IMG/VR virus record: IMGVR_UViG_3300045988_098233
Location: 6,748 to 70,747 of that record
Direction: 5' to 3' (one strand)
Origin: a virus
DNA length: 64,000 bases
In this document: positions 10,047 to 19,300 of the stretch, piece after piece
Numbering within the stretch: position 1 is the stretch's first letter
How the letters are laid out: the number at the start of each line of letters is the position of its first letter
Made by a program: the position numbers and the translations under genes
The notes under the pieces: model-generated
What the model was told of the DNA's origin: nothing
The model's database searches: none
What the model saw: only the letters and a program-made list of their open reading frames with translations

Positions 10047-10351
10047 CAGATCACCCCTTCCACGATGGCCTTCCGCACGTTCACATCCGGTCCCCGGAAG
10101 CCCACCACCTCCTGATGGGGCAGTTTCATTCGTCCGCCGGTCTCAACGGGCCGGTCAGGCAGCTTCAGGCTCTGTTCCTGTGAAAGGGAGAAATACCACT
10201 GCCCCTCCGCGTAGGTCAGCCCGCCGTTGGGGTAGAACTTTGCAATGCCGCCGATCTTCAGCACCAGGAGTTCCACCATCTGCGGCTCGATCACAACATC
10301 GTTCTGCCGCACCACGATGGGGATCAGATAGGAGTCTCCCTGCATCGCCAT
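10046..10351 (-). CDS. hypothetical protein
   Basis: 101-aa ORF with a 1-nt overlap with the downstream gene. Confidence 0.45.
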   Translation of the reverse strand: MAMQGDSYLIPIVVRQNDVVIEPQMVELLVLKIGGIAKFYPNGGLTYAEGQWYFSLSQEQSLKLPDRPVETGGRMKLPHQEVVGFRGPDVNVRKAIVEGVI

Positions 10352-10381
10352 TGCTCTGTTCCCCCCTTCGGTTTAAAACTC

Positions 10382-11404
10382 TCAGCCGGTCCAGTCGGCT
10401 TTGCTCTCTCTCACGTCGATATGCGTGAATCCTTCCTTCGTGTAAATGCCCACGCCGCCCCAGTCCGGCATCAGCTGTCTGGCGTAGGCCGCCACCTGCG
10501 CCGGGGTCTTGCCCCGCACCACAATGTCAGCCGCCGTGCCGTAGCAGTGCTGGCTGTCCGTCACGCCGCCCACTTTGGCGTTGTACTGGGGCGTCCGATA
10601 CCCACTGTTGATGGTCACAGCCGCGCAAAAGTGACTGCGGAGGCTCTGCAAAACCATCACCAGCCGGGGCGCTACCAGCACGGCATCGGAGCCGTCCTTG
10701 CAGGCAAATTCTCTCACTGCAAAGTTTGTGGACAGTTTCTTGCCGCCGTCCTTCGCCTTGGAATAGGCGTTGATCTCTACCATGGGTTTTTCTCCTTCCG
10801 GTTCAAATGCGTCCCCGCTTTTCAGTTTCCAGACGAGGAAAAACGGGATCACCCGCCCGTCCCCGGTAAAACCATTGCCGTCCTTGTCCATGAAGCAGGT
10901 GCTTCCTCCGCCGTCCATCATAATGGCGTTGTCCCAGCCGGAGGATACCAGCAAATCACGGAGCTGTTCCGGCGACCGCCGGTCCTTGCTCACATAGTAG
11001 GCAAACCGCCCGTTCTTGGTGCCGATGGCCGTTCGGGGCGCACGGTAGCTCATATCCGCTCCGCAGGTGACGGGGCTGATCTTCTTCCCGCCGATGATAA
11101 GGTGAACGCACTCCATGTAGTTTGCGTCCCCGTTGGGCACGGTTTTTACGCCGAAATCCTCCGGGGTGTTCCAGCTGATGGCCCATGCCCGATAATCCGG
11201 GGCCTTGTAAACCTTTCCGTCTGCCTTCAGGTGGCAGGCGGGCTGCTGGTTCCTTAGAAAAATGGAGCCGTTGCAGATGGCATCTCCGCCTGTCTCTGCC
11301 AACATCTTCTTGAGGTTGGCCGTGGTGGAGCGGAGACGTTTTCTGTTGAAATAAATCCGCAACCATTGGAGGTCCTGAAGCGGAATTGTACCCGCTCTGG
11401 TCAT
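10382..11404 (-). CDS. two-domain endolysin: phosphodiester-glycosidase-like (DUF2233) N-domain plus peptidase M15A C-domain
   Basis: 340 aa. N-domain motifs NGSIF...MMDGGGST. C-domain FAVREFACKDG...INSGYRTPQYNAKVGGVTDSQHCYGTAADI...GFTHIDVR (Zn ligands H-D-H). Confidence 0.8.
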   Translation of the reverse strand: MTRAGTIPLQDLQWLRIYFNRKRLRSTTANLKKMLAETGGDAICNGSIFLRNQQPACHLKADGKVYKAPDYRAWAISWNTPEDFGVKTVPNGDANYMECVHLIIGGKKISPVTCGADMSYRAPRTAIGTKNGRFAYYVSKDRRSPEQLRDLLVSSGWDNAIMMDGGGSTCFMDKDGNGFTGDGRVIPFFLVWKLKSGDAFEPEGEKPMVEINAYSKAKDGGKKLSTNFAVREFACKDGSDAVLVAPRLVMVLQSLRSHFCAAVTINSGYRTPQYNAKVGGVTDSQHCYGTAADIVVRGKTPAQVAAYARQLMPDWGGVGIYTKEGFTHIDVRESKADWTG

Positions 11405-11784
11405 TTTCTCAGGTTCTTGCGGCTGTAGCAGCAGCCCCGGCTGTCATAGCTCAGCTCCCAGTGACCCACGGTGATGGTGGTGTCAGCGCGGCTCTCGTCC
11501 CGATCCATCACAGGGATGGCAATGCCGTAGACCCCGCCGCCCAGTGCCTTGTTGGAGTAGCGGATAGGCTTGCCGTCGCTGGCGATCTTGTAGATGCCGT
11601 CCTTCCCGTCATCCTCACCGGGGATGAAGCCCTCTTTCATCTCCTGCTCCGTCCAACCGGCCACGCCGCCGTCGGGATTCAGGTGGAAGTTGGCACCGGC
11701 CTCCTTCAGGGCCTCGTTGATCTCATCAATGGTCTTACCGGTGGCCTTGCCCTCGTTGATGATCTCTGCATATTTCTTGTCCAT
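11401..11784 (-). CDS. hypothetical protein upstream of endolysin
   Basis: Start trimmed to MDKKYAEI (ATG 11784, AAAGGAG RBS). 4-nt overlap with the endolysin. Confidence 0.5.
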   Translation of the reverse strand: MDKKYAEIINEGKATGKTIDEINEALKEAGANFHLNPDGGVAGWTEQEMKEGFIPGEDDGKDGIYKIASDGKPIRYSNKALGGGVYGIAIPVMDRDESRADTTITVGHWELSYDSRGCCYSRKNLRK

Positions 11785-11802
11785 GATTTGTTCTCCTTTC
11801 AA

Positions 11803-12041
11803 ATCAAAAAATGGTTGTTGATTCTATCTATGTCCCCCTCGTCCTTGCCCCCCCCTCCAAAGGAGGGGTTCCCAAAGGGGAGGAATCGCAATTCCGCCCC
11901 TTTGTGCCGTTTCAAGGGGGTGCGGGGGGAAATCGGAATCCCCCCGCGTTTCTCTTTAGGGGGCCGGGGGGACATTCTCTTTTCAAAAGAGAATATCCCC
12001 TTGGCTTCCGCTGGGGACCCCAGCCCTTTGCGGAAGCAATT
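11803..12041 (-). ncRNA. hairpin-rich structured intergenic element, copy 2 (unknown class)
   Basis: 239 nt with no ORF. A series of GC-clamped hairpins, e.g. GGGGGGA-UUCCGAUU-UCCCCCC and GGGGAuAUUCUCUUUUgAAAAGAGAAUgUCCCC. Homologous to 8802-9122. Confidence 0.5.
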
Positions 12042-12314
12042 TTAATTACTCATCTGCTTTGCAATCTGATTGACCCCGGTGCTGGCCAGGCCGCTCACAA
12101 TGCCCACTGCCACGGCGGTGAGATAGTCCGTTGCGGGGAAGTCTGCCATGATCAGCATCCCCACCACGCCCAGAACGCCGCCGGACACGCCCACAACAAT
12201 GGGGATCCATTTGTTCTCAATGGCGGTGGCCTTCACAGCCATGCCGATCAGGTAGCAGATCACCGTGATTACTGCCACGCTTGCAATGCCAAATCCAGAA
12301 ATATCCATGTTCAA
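12042..12314 (-). CDS. holin (Hol44 / holin superfamily V type)
   Basis: 90 aa, three hydrophobic segments. MDISGFGIASVAVITVICYLIGMAVKAT..NKWIPIVVGVSGGVLGVV..AVGIVSGLASTGVNQ pattern. Confidence 0.75.
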   Translation of the reverse strand: MNMDISGFGIASVAVITVICYLIGMAVKATAIENKWIPIVVGVSGGVLGVVGMLIMADFPATDYLTAVAVGIVSGLASTGVNQIAKQMSN

Positions 12315-12329
12315 TTCCTCCTGTTGACC

Positions 12330-13118
12330 TTAGTCCTCTTCCGCTGCCTCCGCGCTGTTCAGCGCGTCCAGCACCGGGCGGAACATTCCCTTCCGCCTGG
12401 GGTCCTCCTTGGGTTCTTCGGCATACCGGGCCTTGTTCTTTGCGTTCAGCTGCTTCAGCAGTTCCCGGCTGTCGGCGCTTACCTCGCCCCGCTCCCATGC
12501 GTCATAGTAAGCCTTGGCCACCATCTCCTGATGCTCCGTGCAGAGATCGTCGAAGATGTCCAGCAGCTTGTCCCCCATGGTCACGGCGCAGCGGAAAGCC
12601 GTCTCGTCCAGCACCTCGCCCTTGCGGTACGCGCAGTGGTACACCGCCCGTTCCGCATCGGTCATCCCGGAGAGCACCACCAGCCACCGCCGGTCAATAA
12701 GCCGTCTTGCCGTCTCGTCATAGAACCGGCTCCACTCGCTCTTGGGCACCATCACCGTTCCGTTCTTCCCCGTCACGGTGCCGTACATCCCGTTGGGTCC
12801 GAATACAGCCAGATTATCGTCCGCCACCGGGGCGCACCAGCGGAGCGTCACCTTTTCCGTGTCCGCCATCACCTGCACCACTTGGGGTTTGACCTCCGCC
12901 ATGGCCTTTGCAACGGCCTCCGCCGCCGCCTGTTTGGCGATCTCCGCTACCTCATCGGCTGTATAGAGCTTTTCGGGTTCCTTCTCCGCCGCAGGTGCTT
13001 TCTGCTCTGCCACGGGCGCAGCCTTTGTCTGTTCCCGCAAGGGCTGGTCGGCTGCTTCCAGCTCCTGGGCTTCAATCCCCGCCGCCACATCTGCGGCCGT
13101 CCGTTTCTCTTTTGCCAT
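12330..13118 (-). CDS. hypothetical protein (Ala/Glu-rich N-term)
   Basis: 262-aa ORF between the capsid gene and the holin. Confidence 0.5.
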   Translation of the reverse strand: MAKEKRTAADVAAGIEAQELEAADQPLREQTKAAPVAEQKAPAAEKEPEKLYTADEVAEIAKQAAAEAVAKAMAEVKPQVVQVMADTEKVTLRWCAPVADDNLAVFGPNGMYGTVTGKNGTVMVPKSEWSRFYDETARRLIDRRWLVVLSGMTDAERAVYHCAYRKGEVLDETAFRCAVTMGDKLLDIFDDLCTEHQEMVAKAYYDAWERGEVSADSRELLKQLNAKNKARYAEEPKEDPRRKGMFRPVLDALNSAEAAEED

Positions 13119-13232
13119 CTTTGTCCGCTCCTTTCAGATACAAGATGCTTTGTTTTCTGTTGCGCTCCGCCCTCATGCAGGCTTTGCGCCATATCTGCGG
13201 GAGAGAGGGTTTCCTCCCTCCCGCTTTGGGTC

Positions 13233-14486
13233 TTACGCGTTGATGACGGCCATGCGGGACGCCAACACGGGGACACAATCAATAGACATGGAGACAACCA
13301 CGTCGATGCTCATGTCTGCGGTCTGGTCGGGGGTCAGCTCCAACTGAATGGGCGTGCCCTCCTCCATGCCGATGTAGACAGGCTTGTAGCCGCCGGCGGG
13401 CACCAGCCAAATCTTGTCGGCGGGCACAATGTCGATCACGCTGGTATTCTGGGTTCCCGGCACAATGGCGGTGTCGATGGGCATCAGGTTCATGCCCATG
13501 TACTCGCCCAGGAAGCCGTACCGCGCCCAATCCACGCCCAGCATGGTAGACAGGGCGGCATCCAGGTTCACGGTGGAGGCGTTCACCACACCGCTGGGCA
13601 GCGCCTTGGTCAGGGCGGAGGGACGGCCAATGGCCATCACGTTCCGGTAGCGGGTCCCGTTCACAACGCTTACCCGCTCACCGGCAGTGACCCAGTTTGC
13701 GGAGGTGTTTGTGAAGTTCATGTTATTGGGCACATAGGCGGTGTTGCCCGTCATCTTGGTCAGGGTGCTGATCCACAGCGCGGTGATCTTGGAGTACATA
13801 CCGGCGGCCAGAGCGTTGAAGAACTGACCCATGTCGGCATCGTTGCCCACCAGCTGATACCACTTCACGCTCACCCGTGCGGTGCGCAGACGGGGATTCA
13901 GGGTCACGCTCTTGTTGAAGAGGGTGTTGGCGGGCTTGGAGCGGGAAGCGCCCCAGCTGTCGTCCTCAAAGAGGAAGATGTCGTTGGACATGATGTCCAG
14001 TTCCTTGGTCTGGCCGATGGGCACGGTGGTCATCTCGGCCAGCCAGCCCAGCCCGGAACTCATAACGGTGGGCAGCATGGGGGTCACGATCTCGGTGACG
14101 ATGCCGGCCAGAGTCTTGAGGTACAGGCTGTCGCTCATGAACTTGCGCTGGTTGCGGCGGAACTCGTCCAGATCAGCGGGAGGAATCTCGCCGCTCAGGG
14201 CGCACACCCGCTTGGCGCAGAAAAGCAGCAGGTTCTTCTGCAGGTTGCGGTTGGTCATGCTGTAACTGTTCTGCCCCTCGCCGTCCGCCAGCATGGCGGT
14301 GAAATCGTCGGGCTGCTTGGTCATGACCCGCAGGGCGCGCTCATCCCGGCCCAGACGCTCACGCATCAGCAGACGGCCGCAGGTCACGATGTAGGCCCGC
14401 TCACGTTCCGCGTTGCTGAACTCCTTGGCTGCGCTGTCATACACATCAGGATTGATGCTGTTCAGTTTGATTGCCATGATTGTCAC
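13233..14486 (-). CDS. putative major capsid protein
   Basis: 417 aa. Position is after the protease/scaffold-like gene. A strong GC hairpin (GCGGGAGGGAGGAAACCCUCUCUCCCGC) follows the stop. Confidence 0.6.
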   Translation of the reverse strand: MTIMAIKLNSINPDVYDSAAKEFSNAERERAYIVTCGRLLMRERLGRDERALRVMTKQPDDFTAMLADGEGQNSYSMTNRNLQKNLLLFCAKRVCALSGEIPPADLDEFRRNQRKFMSDSLYLKTLAGIVTEIVTPMLPTVMSSGLGWLAEMTTVPIGQTKELDIMSNDIFLFEDDSWGASRSKPANTLFNKSVTLNPRLRTARVSVKWYQLVGNDADMGQFFNALAAGMYSKITALWISTLTKMTGNTAYVPNNMNFTNTSANWVTAGERVSVVNGTRYRNVMAIGRPSALTKALPSGVVNASTVNLDAALSTMLGVDWARYGFLGEYMGMNLMPIDTAIVPGTQNTSVIDIVPADKIWLVPAGGYKPVYIGMEEGTPIQLELTPDQTADMSIDVVVSMSIDCVPVLASRMAVINA

Positions 14487-14500
14487 TCTCCTCTCGTTTC

Positions 14501-15133
14501 TCAGCCCGCTGCCGCGTCAACCTTGCAGGCCAGCACGTCCACGAACTCAAATGCGCTCTGTGCGCCCTCGGTAAAGGTGCCGCCGGTGGGCTGAACCTTG
14601 AAGTACGGAGTCCCCACGTCGGTGGGCGCGGCGGTGGCGGGCACCAGCAGACCGTTGGCAATGGTCAGGAACTTGTTGGCCCCCAGAGCGGTGGACACGT
14701 TGCCGATGCCGAACCGGTAAATCTTGTTCCCGTCGAACACGATCTTGGTGAAGGTCACGGGATAGCCCTTGGGAGCGGGCAGGCCCAGCGTGTTGGCGCC
14801 AACCTTGTAGAGGTTGCCGGTGGCGGGGTCCTGAACCATGTTCACGTCGTAGGGGTTGCAGGCGTAAATGCCGTCGCCCTCGCTCTTCACGGCGGCTCCG
14901 GTGGCCTTCATGTTCCAGCTGTTGCTGTTCTTGATGGTCACGGTGGAACCGGTGGGGCCGACGCCCACATAGCCCTCGCAGTCCATCAGCTCGTCCTTCA
15001 CGCACAGGAACCCGGCGGAGCAGGTCTCGTCCGCCTTATCGGCGTTCTGGAACTTGCCGGTGATGTTCAGGGTCTCGTCAAATACGCGGTTGGTCACGCG
15101 GGGCCAAAACGCAGTCTTTTCAATGTATGCCAT
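14501..15133 (-). CDS. hypothetical head protein (decoration-protein position)
   Basis: 210-aa ORF directly upstream of the capsid gene. Confidence 0.45.
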   Translation of the reverse strand: MAYIEKTAFWPRVTNRVFDETLNITGKFQNADKADETCSAGFLCVKDELMDCEGYVGVGPTGSTVTIKNSNSWNMKATGAAVKSEGDGIYACNPYDVNMVQDPATGNLYKVGANTLGLPAPKGYPVTFTKIVFDGNKIYRFGIGNVSTALGANKFLTIANGLLVPATAAPTDVGTPYFKVQPTGGTFTEGAQSAFEFVDVLACKVDAAAG

Positions 15134-15157
15134 TGTGATTCACTCTCCTCTCGTTTC

Positions 15158-16525
15158 TCAGCCGTTCATGTGGCTCAGCATCTCCATGATGCCGCCGCCC
15201 TCGCCGCCGTTGGTCTTGGGGTTGTTCCATGCGAAGGAATGCTGCTTGGCGGCCATTTCCTTCTTGCGCTTCTCGGTCTGTGCCTTGCCGTGGGCGGCCA
15301 TCAGGTCCAGCACGGCGCGGTCTGCACCGCAGAACTTCCCGTCAGTCTCCATGGCGGCGAACTCCTCTGCCCGGTCACACAGGCCCGTGGCAGTCTCGGT
15401 CATGTCGGCGTCGCCTTCCACAGAGCAGGCCCGGATGTCCTCCAAAGCGCCGTTCACAGCTTCCTTCACGGCCTCCACCCGGCGCTCATGCTCGGCGGCT
15501 TCCATGGTGCGGATCTTTTCCTCCGCTGCTTCCAGACGTGCCTTCAGTGCCTTCACGTCCTCCGCCTGCTGCCCCTTTGCGGCGCAGGCATAGTCCACGA
15601 TGTCGCTCACCTCTACCGTAGCCTCCACGCCCTCGCCAAAGGGGAAAGCTGCCGTGAGATAAGCGGGCTTGATGCGGCTCTCCACCACGGTGCCGTTATC
15701 CTCCGCGTTAAAGGCGTAGGTATAAGCGCTGCCGGCAGAGTCCACGAGGCCAACGTGCATCCCGTCCTCGCTCAGAGCGACCACGCGGTAACCCTTGAAC
15801 TTTTCGGACATGGCCTCCATTGCCTTCTTGCTCATGTTGTTCACTCCTTTTCTCTTGTTCGTTTCTTTGCTTCCCGTTCCGGGGTCCAAAGACGCCGCCC
15901 GCAGTTTTAATGTCTTAAACTCTTCCTGCATGGCACTCAGCGCCTTGATCCGCGCCCCCGGAATTGCCGGCGGCACATCGTCTCCCAACACGGTTACGCC
16001 AAGACCTGCCCAATCCGTAATGACCTCGGTCTTGCCCTCCATGTAGGATTTTTTCGTATCGGTTTCGGCGGAAACATCCATGCGCCCTGTCCGCACGATC
16101 TTTTCCACCAATTCCGGTGCGTAAAACTGAAATAACCGGCCCTTTGCCCTGATCCACTCGTTCCCGGCCTCTTCCACAATGGAAAAGTCCTTGGGATCGT
16201 CGGATAGGGTCCCCACGATGCGCTCCGCCGTTCCGTCCATGAACGTGTAGCCTTTTTCGCCGGTGTAGGGGTCCCACACCTCTCTCATGTTGTGTCCGTC
16301 TCCCACCTTGCGGCCCACATAGGCGCACAGGATGGGCTGTCCCACAAACGTCAGGTAGTGCTCCCGCATATTGCGGAAATCCCAATGATTTTCATTCAAC
16401 CCGGAGCGCATGACCCACAGCTCCACGCCGAACTCGTATTCACTGAGCCGCTGCATGACCCGCAGTTCGCCGGACATTTTTACGTGCTCCGGCGGGGTTC
16501 CTCTCGTCCGAAACGGCATGGTCAC
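15158..16525 (-). CDS. putative prohead protease / scaffolding fusion
   Basis: 455 aa. Globular N-half and a helical Ala/Glu/Lys-rich C-half. Position between portal and capsid. Catalytic residues not verified. Confidence 0.45.
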   Translation of the reverse strand: MTMPFRTRGTPPEHVKMSGELRVMQRLSEYEFGVELWVMRSGLNENHWDFRNMREHYLTFVGQPILCAYVGRKVGDGHNMREVWDPYTGEKGYTFMDGTAERIVGTLSDDPKDFSIVEEAGNEWIRAKGRLFQFYAPELVEKIVRTGRMDVSAETDTKKSYMEGKTEVITDWAGLGVTVLGDDVPPAIPGARIKALSAMQEEFKTLKLRAASLDPGTGSKETNKRKGVNNMSKKAMEAMSEKFKGYRVVALSEDGMHVGLVDSAGSAYTYAFNAEDNGTVVESRIKPAYLTAAFPFGEGVEATVEVSDIVDYACAAKGQQAEDVKALKARLEAAEEKIRTMEAAEHERRVEAVKEAVNGALEDIRACSVEGDADMTETATGLCDRAEEFAAMETDGKFCGADRAVLDLMAAHGKAQTEKRKKEMAAKQHSFAWNNPKTNGGEGGGIMEMLSHMNG

Positions 16526-17055
16526 GCCTCCTCTCCGTCAAACAGCTTTTCCACCCAGTTGTCATAGCTGGTGGCGCTGCCGTCGGTCTTGTCATACATC
16601 TGCCATGCGTAGAGCATGGTCTCGTAGCTTTTGCTGTTCTCCATCTGAAGATTTTCAAATTCCCTTGCCAGCGGATACAGCCCCACTTCTTCGCTGGTGC
16701 CCACGCAGTCCCGCAAGGCATCCTCAATGTCCTCCAACAGCCGGATCACCTCTAAGAAAACGCCGTCCATGTCCTCCGGCCGCTCCCGGTATTCCGGGGT
16801 CTCCGGGTATTCCTGCATCAGGTGCCGCTGGTGAAGAATGTCTCCGATCACGTCAAATCGCTTGGGCTGTTCGTGGGCCAGACGGTGAATGGCGTCCGCC
16901 GTGTGTACCAGTCCAAACTCCACCAGAACCCACTCTTTCAGCGTGTCCAGCCCCCGTGCGGCGTTCTGGTATGCCGCCGTGGCCCGCCTCGCCGCGTCCC
17001 GCAGCGGGGAAAAGCGGGGATTTTCGTAGTGGTAAATGTCCCGCAGCTTTGCCAT
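16522..17055 (-). CDS. hypothetical protein
   Basis: Start trimmed to MAKLRDIY (GAGAGGAGG RBS). Confidence 0.5.
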   Translation of the reverse strand: MAKLRDIYHYENPRFSPLRDAARRATAAYQNAARGLDTLKEWVLVEFGLVHTADAIHRLAHEQPKRFDVIGDILHQRHLMQEYPETPEYRERPEDMDGVFLEVIRLLEDIEDALRDCVGTSEEVGLYPLAREFENLQMENSKSYETMLYAWQMYDKTDGSATSYDNWVEKLFDGEEA

Positions 17056-17077
17056 GTGGTTTCCTCCTCTCATGTTG

Positions 17078-17170
17078 AAAAAAAGCGCTGCCCACGCCGG
17101 TCATTCCGGCGTCAGCAACGCTTTGCTCCTCCCGCTCACCGCTTAGAGCGGGGTGCTCTGTTCACTTTTT
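17078..17170 (-). promoter_or_regulatory. conserved-loop hairpin (loop UAAGCGGU) plus intrinsic terminator, copy A
   Basis: Minus sense: GAAAAAGUGAACAGAG, hairpin CCCGCUC-UAAGCGGU-GAGCGGG (17152-17131), AGGAGCAAAGCGUUGCUGA, long hairpin plus U7 (17123-17078). Confidence 0.55.
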
Positions 17171-17176
17171 CTTCGG

Positions 17177-18946
17177 CTATTCGCCGTAGGTGTCGATGTC
17201 CGCCTCCTGCCCCTCGCTGGTCACGGTGCCGTCCCCCTTGGGTCTACCGCCGGGGTTCATATCGTGGGCCGCCTGGGGCGGCAGTCCGCTTTCGGACTGC
17301 TTGGCGTTGTAGCTGGTCACAAGGGGCAGCCGCTTATCCATGATGCCGCTGGCCTTGATGGCGTTGGAAATGCTCAGATCGTCCAGCAGGGAAAGATCGT
17401 TCATGGCCATGTAGATGATGGTCTGAGGCAGGATGCCGAGGGTCATGCCCTGCTTGGCCTCCTCCATCCGCTTTTCCTCGGTGGAGAGGGTCCCGAACAA
17501 ACTGAACCGCCACGAATATTTCAGATTCAGCTTGTCCATAATGGCCGCCATCATCCGTTCGTAGCCCCGGTATACGCACTCCGCAAACTTCCCTTCGATC
17601 TGCAGGGAGATTTGGGCAATGCCTGCCTTGGGGTCCTCCGTGGTGGGCACGATGGCGGACAGCCCTGCCTTGTTCATGGCGTAGCTGTACCCGGCTGCGG
17701 AAATCTTGGTGGCGCTGGGTGCTTCTGCCAGCTGGTGCATTTTGATGTTTTCCACAGGGGCCGTGAACCAGCCGATCCCGCTGGTGTTGCTCTCTGACAG
17801 CATTTGATACCACAGGTACTCAAACAGCCGCCGTCCCGCGTCTGAAAGCCGGTAATCGTCCTCTGTGCTTGTAATTTCGGACTTATCCTTGTAGGGGATC
17901 TCGCCGGTAAACAAGGCGATCAGGGGGTTCTGCACCAGTTCCAGCTGGATTTGCTCGTACTGGGCCATCTGCACCAGAGAGAGATACAGCCCCGCCAGCG
18001 GGGAAATGGCGTTCCGGGATACATCGTCTGCCTCAAAGGTGAAAATCTTGTCCACCGGCAGCGTCACCCAGTAGAACCACCGCCCGTTCTGGGAGTATAC
18101 CTCCGGGTCTCCCGCCAAGCGGCCGCCGGTCTGCTTCCGCCGCTGTTCCAGCACGTTCAGGTCCACCCGGTCCCGCGCCGCGAAGATCACCCGCTTCCCC
18201 GTGCCCTCCGGTGCCCGCTCCGCCGATGCGTAGAAGTCATCCAGATAGGGCAGCAGCAGGTCTCCGAACTGCAAGGGGTCCGCCCCTGGCTGCATAAAGT
18301 ACATTAGGTTCAGCGCCACCGTGTATTTCGACACGTTGTTGAACCCCACGATCTTTACCCAGTCACTGGGGAGCTGCTGTAAAAAGGCGTGGTTTACCTT
18401 GTTGTGGGGCTTGTCCACGCTGATCCGGGGATAGTAGAAAACCTTCCCCTCCTGCAAGACCTGCCCTGCGATCTCATGGGCCGTTGCCTTCGGGTCCAGC
18501 GTTTTCCGCAGCTTGTCCAAAAGCTGCCATTCCCGCAGAAAGTCCTCCCGCTTCGCTTCTTCCTCTGTGGCGTACTCCGGGGCAATGTAGCTGTGGTAGG
18601 TCAGCATTTCCGTGTACACCTTCCGGGTGTGAAACAGGGGATACGCCGTCCATTCCAGCGCGTGAGCCACCTGCCGCAAGCCCTGCTCGTTGCCGTCCGG
18701 GGCGGTAAGCATTTCCGCCACCTTGTCCTTGCTGTAATTCACCGGCAGGGAGGAAATGGCCTTTACCCGGCGGTTCTGAATGTAGGGGTTATTCCGGGTG
18801 TAGGTGTTGCTGGCCGCCCGCATAAACGCGCCGCTTACGGCGTCCATGGGCAGGTCGCCGTACTGTGCCGCCAGTTCCCGCAACCTTCCGAATATCTTCG
18901 GGTACGAGGCGAACTGCACCGACCTCAATTCAGTTTGCAGGTCCAT
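17177..18946 (-). CDS. putative portal protein
   Basis: 589 aa. Size and position (after terL, before the protease/scaffold-like gene). Acidic C-terminus. Confidence 0.65.
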   Translation of the reverse strand: MDLQTELRSVQFASYPKIFGRLRELAAQYGDLPMDAVSGAFMRAASNTYTRNNPYIQNRRVKAISSLPVNYSKDKVAEMLTAPDGNEQGLRQVAHALEWTAYPLFHTRKVYTEMLTYHSYIAPEYATEEEAKREDFLREWQLLDKLRKTLDPKATAHEIAGQVLQEGKVFYYPRISVDKPHNKVNHAFLQQLPSDWVKIVGFNNVSKYTVALNLMYFMQPGADPLQFGDLLLPYLDDFYASAERAPEGTGKRVIFAARDRVDLNVLEQRRKQTGGRLAGDPEVYSQNGRWFYWVTLPVDKIFTFEADDVSRNAISPLAGLYLSLVQMAQYEQIQLELVQNPLIALFTGEIPYKDKSEITSTEDDYRLSDAGRRLFEYLWYQMLSESNTSGIGWFTAPVENIKMHQLAEAPSATKISAAGYSYAMNKAGLSAIVPTTEDPKAGIAQISLQIEGKFAECVYRGYERMMAAIMDKLNLKYSWRFSLFGTLSTEEKRMEEAKQGMTLGILPQTIIYMAMNDLSLLDDLSISNAIKASGIMDKRLPLVTSYNAKQSESGLPPQAAHDMNPGGRPKGDGTVTSEGQEADIDTYGE

Positions 18947-19298
18947 GCTCCCCGCCTCCCTTCATGCGTTCCCGCTCCTTCTGCAATTCCCATTCCAGCC
19001 GGTCCAGCGTGTTGACCCAGCGCTTCTCCGTCTCCTCCGGTGTCACGCCCGCCTGAGCCGCCGTCTCTGCCAGAATCATGGTGTTGCAGTCCGCCAGCCA
19101 CAGGCGGTCTCCGTCTGTCAGCCGGTCCAGGTCTGCCCCGGCCACCTCCACTGCGCCCTCCGGCTTTTTCCGTCCGGTGAGATACAGCAGAATGTACCCT
19201 GCGCAGATCCGGTAAAATCGGATGCCATACGCGATCTCTTCCGTTTTCCGGGTCCGCCCAATGGCGTACAACCGGTATCGTTTCTTCCGTTGAGCCAT
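18930..19298 (-). CDS. hypothetical protein between terL and portal
   Basis: Start trimmed to MAQRKKRYRLY (GGAGG RBS). Confidence 0.45.
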   Translation of the reverse strand: MAQRKKRYRLYAIGRTRKTEEIAYGIRFYRICAGYILLYLTGRKKPEGAVEVAGADLDRLTDGDRLWLADCNTMILAETAAQAGVTPEETEKRWVNTLDRLEWELQKERERMKGGGEHGPAN

Positions 19299-19300
19299 TG

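Noticed and set aside
11811-14594. 927-aa plus-strand ORF, the longest in the window
   Set aside because: It lies antisense to four well-supported minus-strand genes (holin, capsid and others). Its composition is dominated by G/H/R/A/V/L, with no RBS and no recognisable domain. This is the typical shadow ORF of high-GC DNA.
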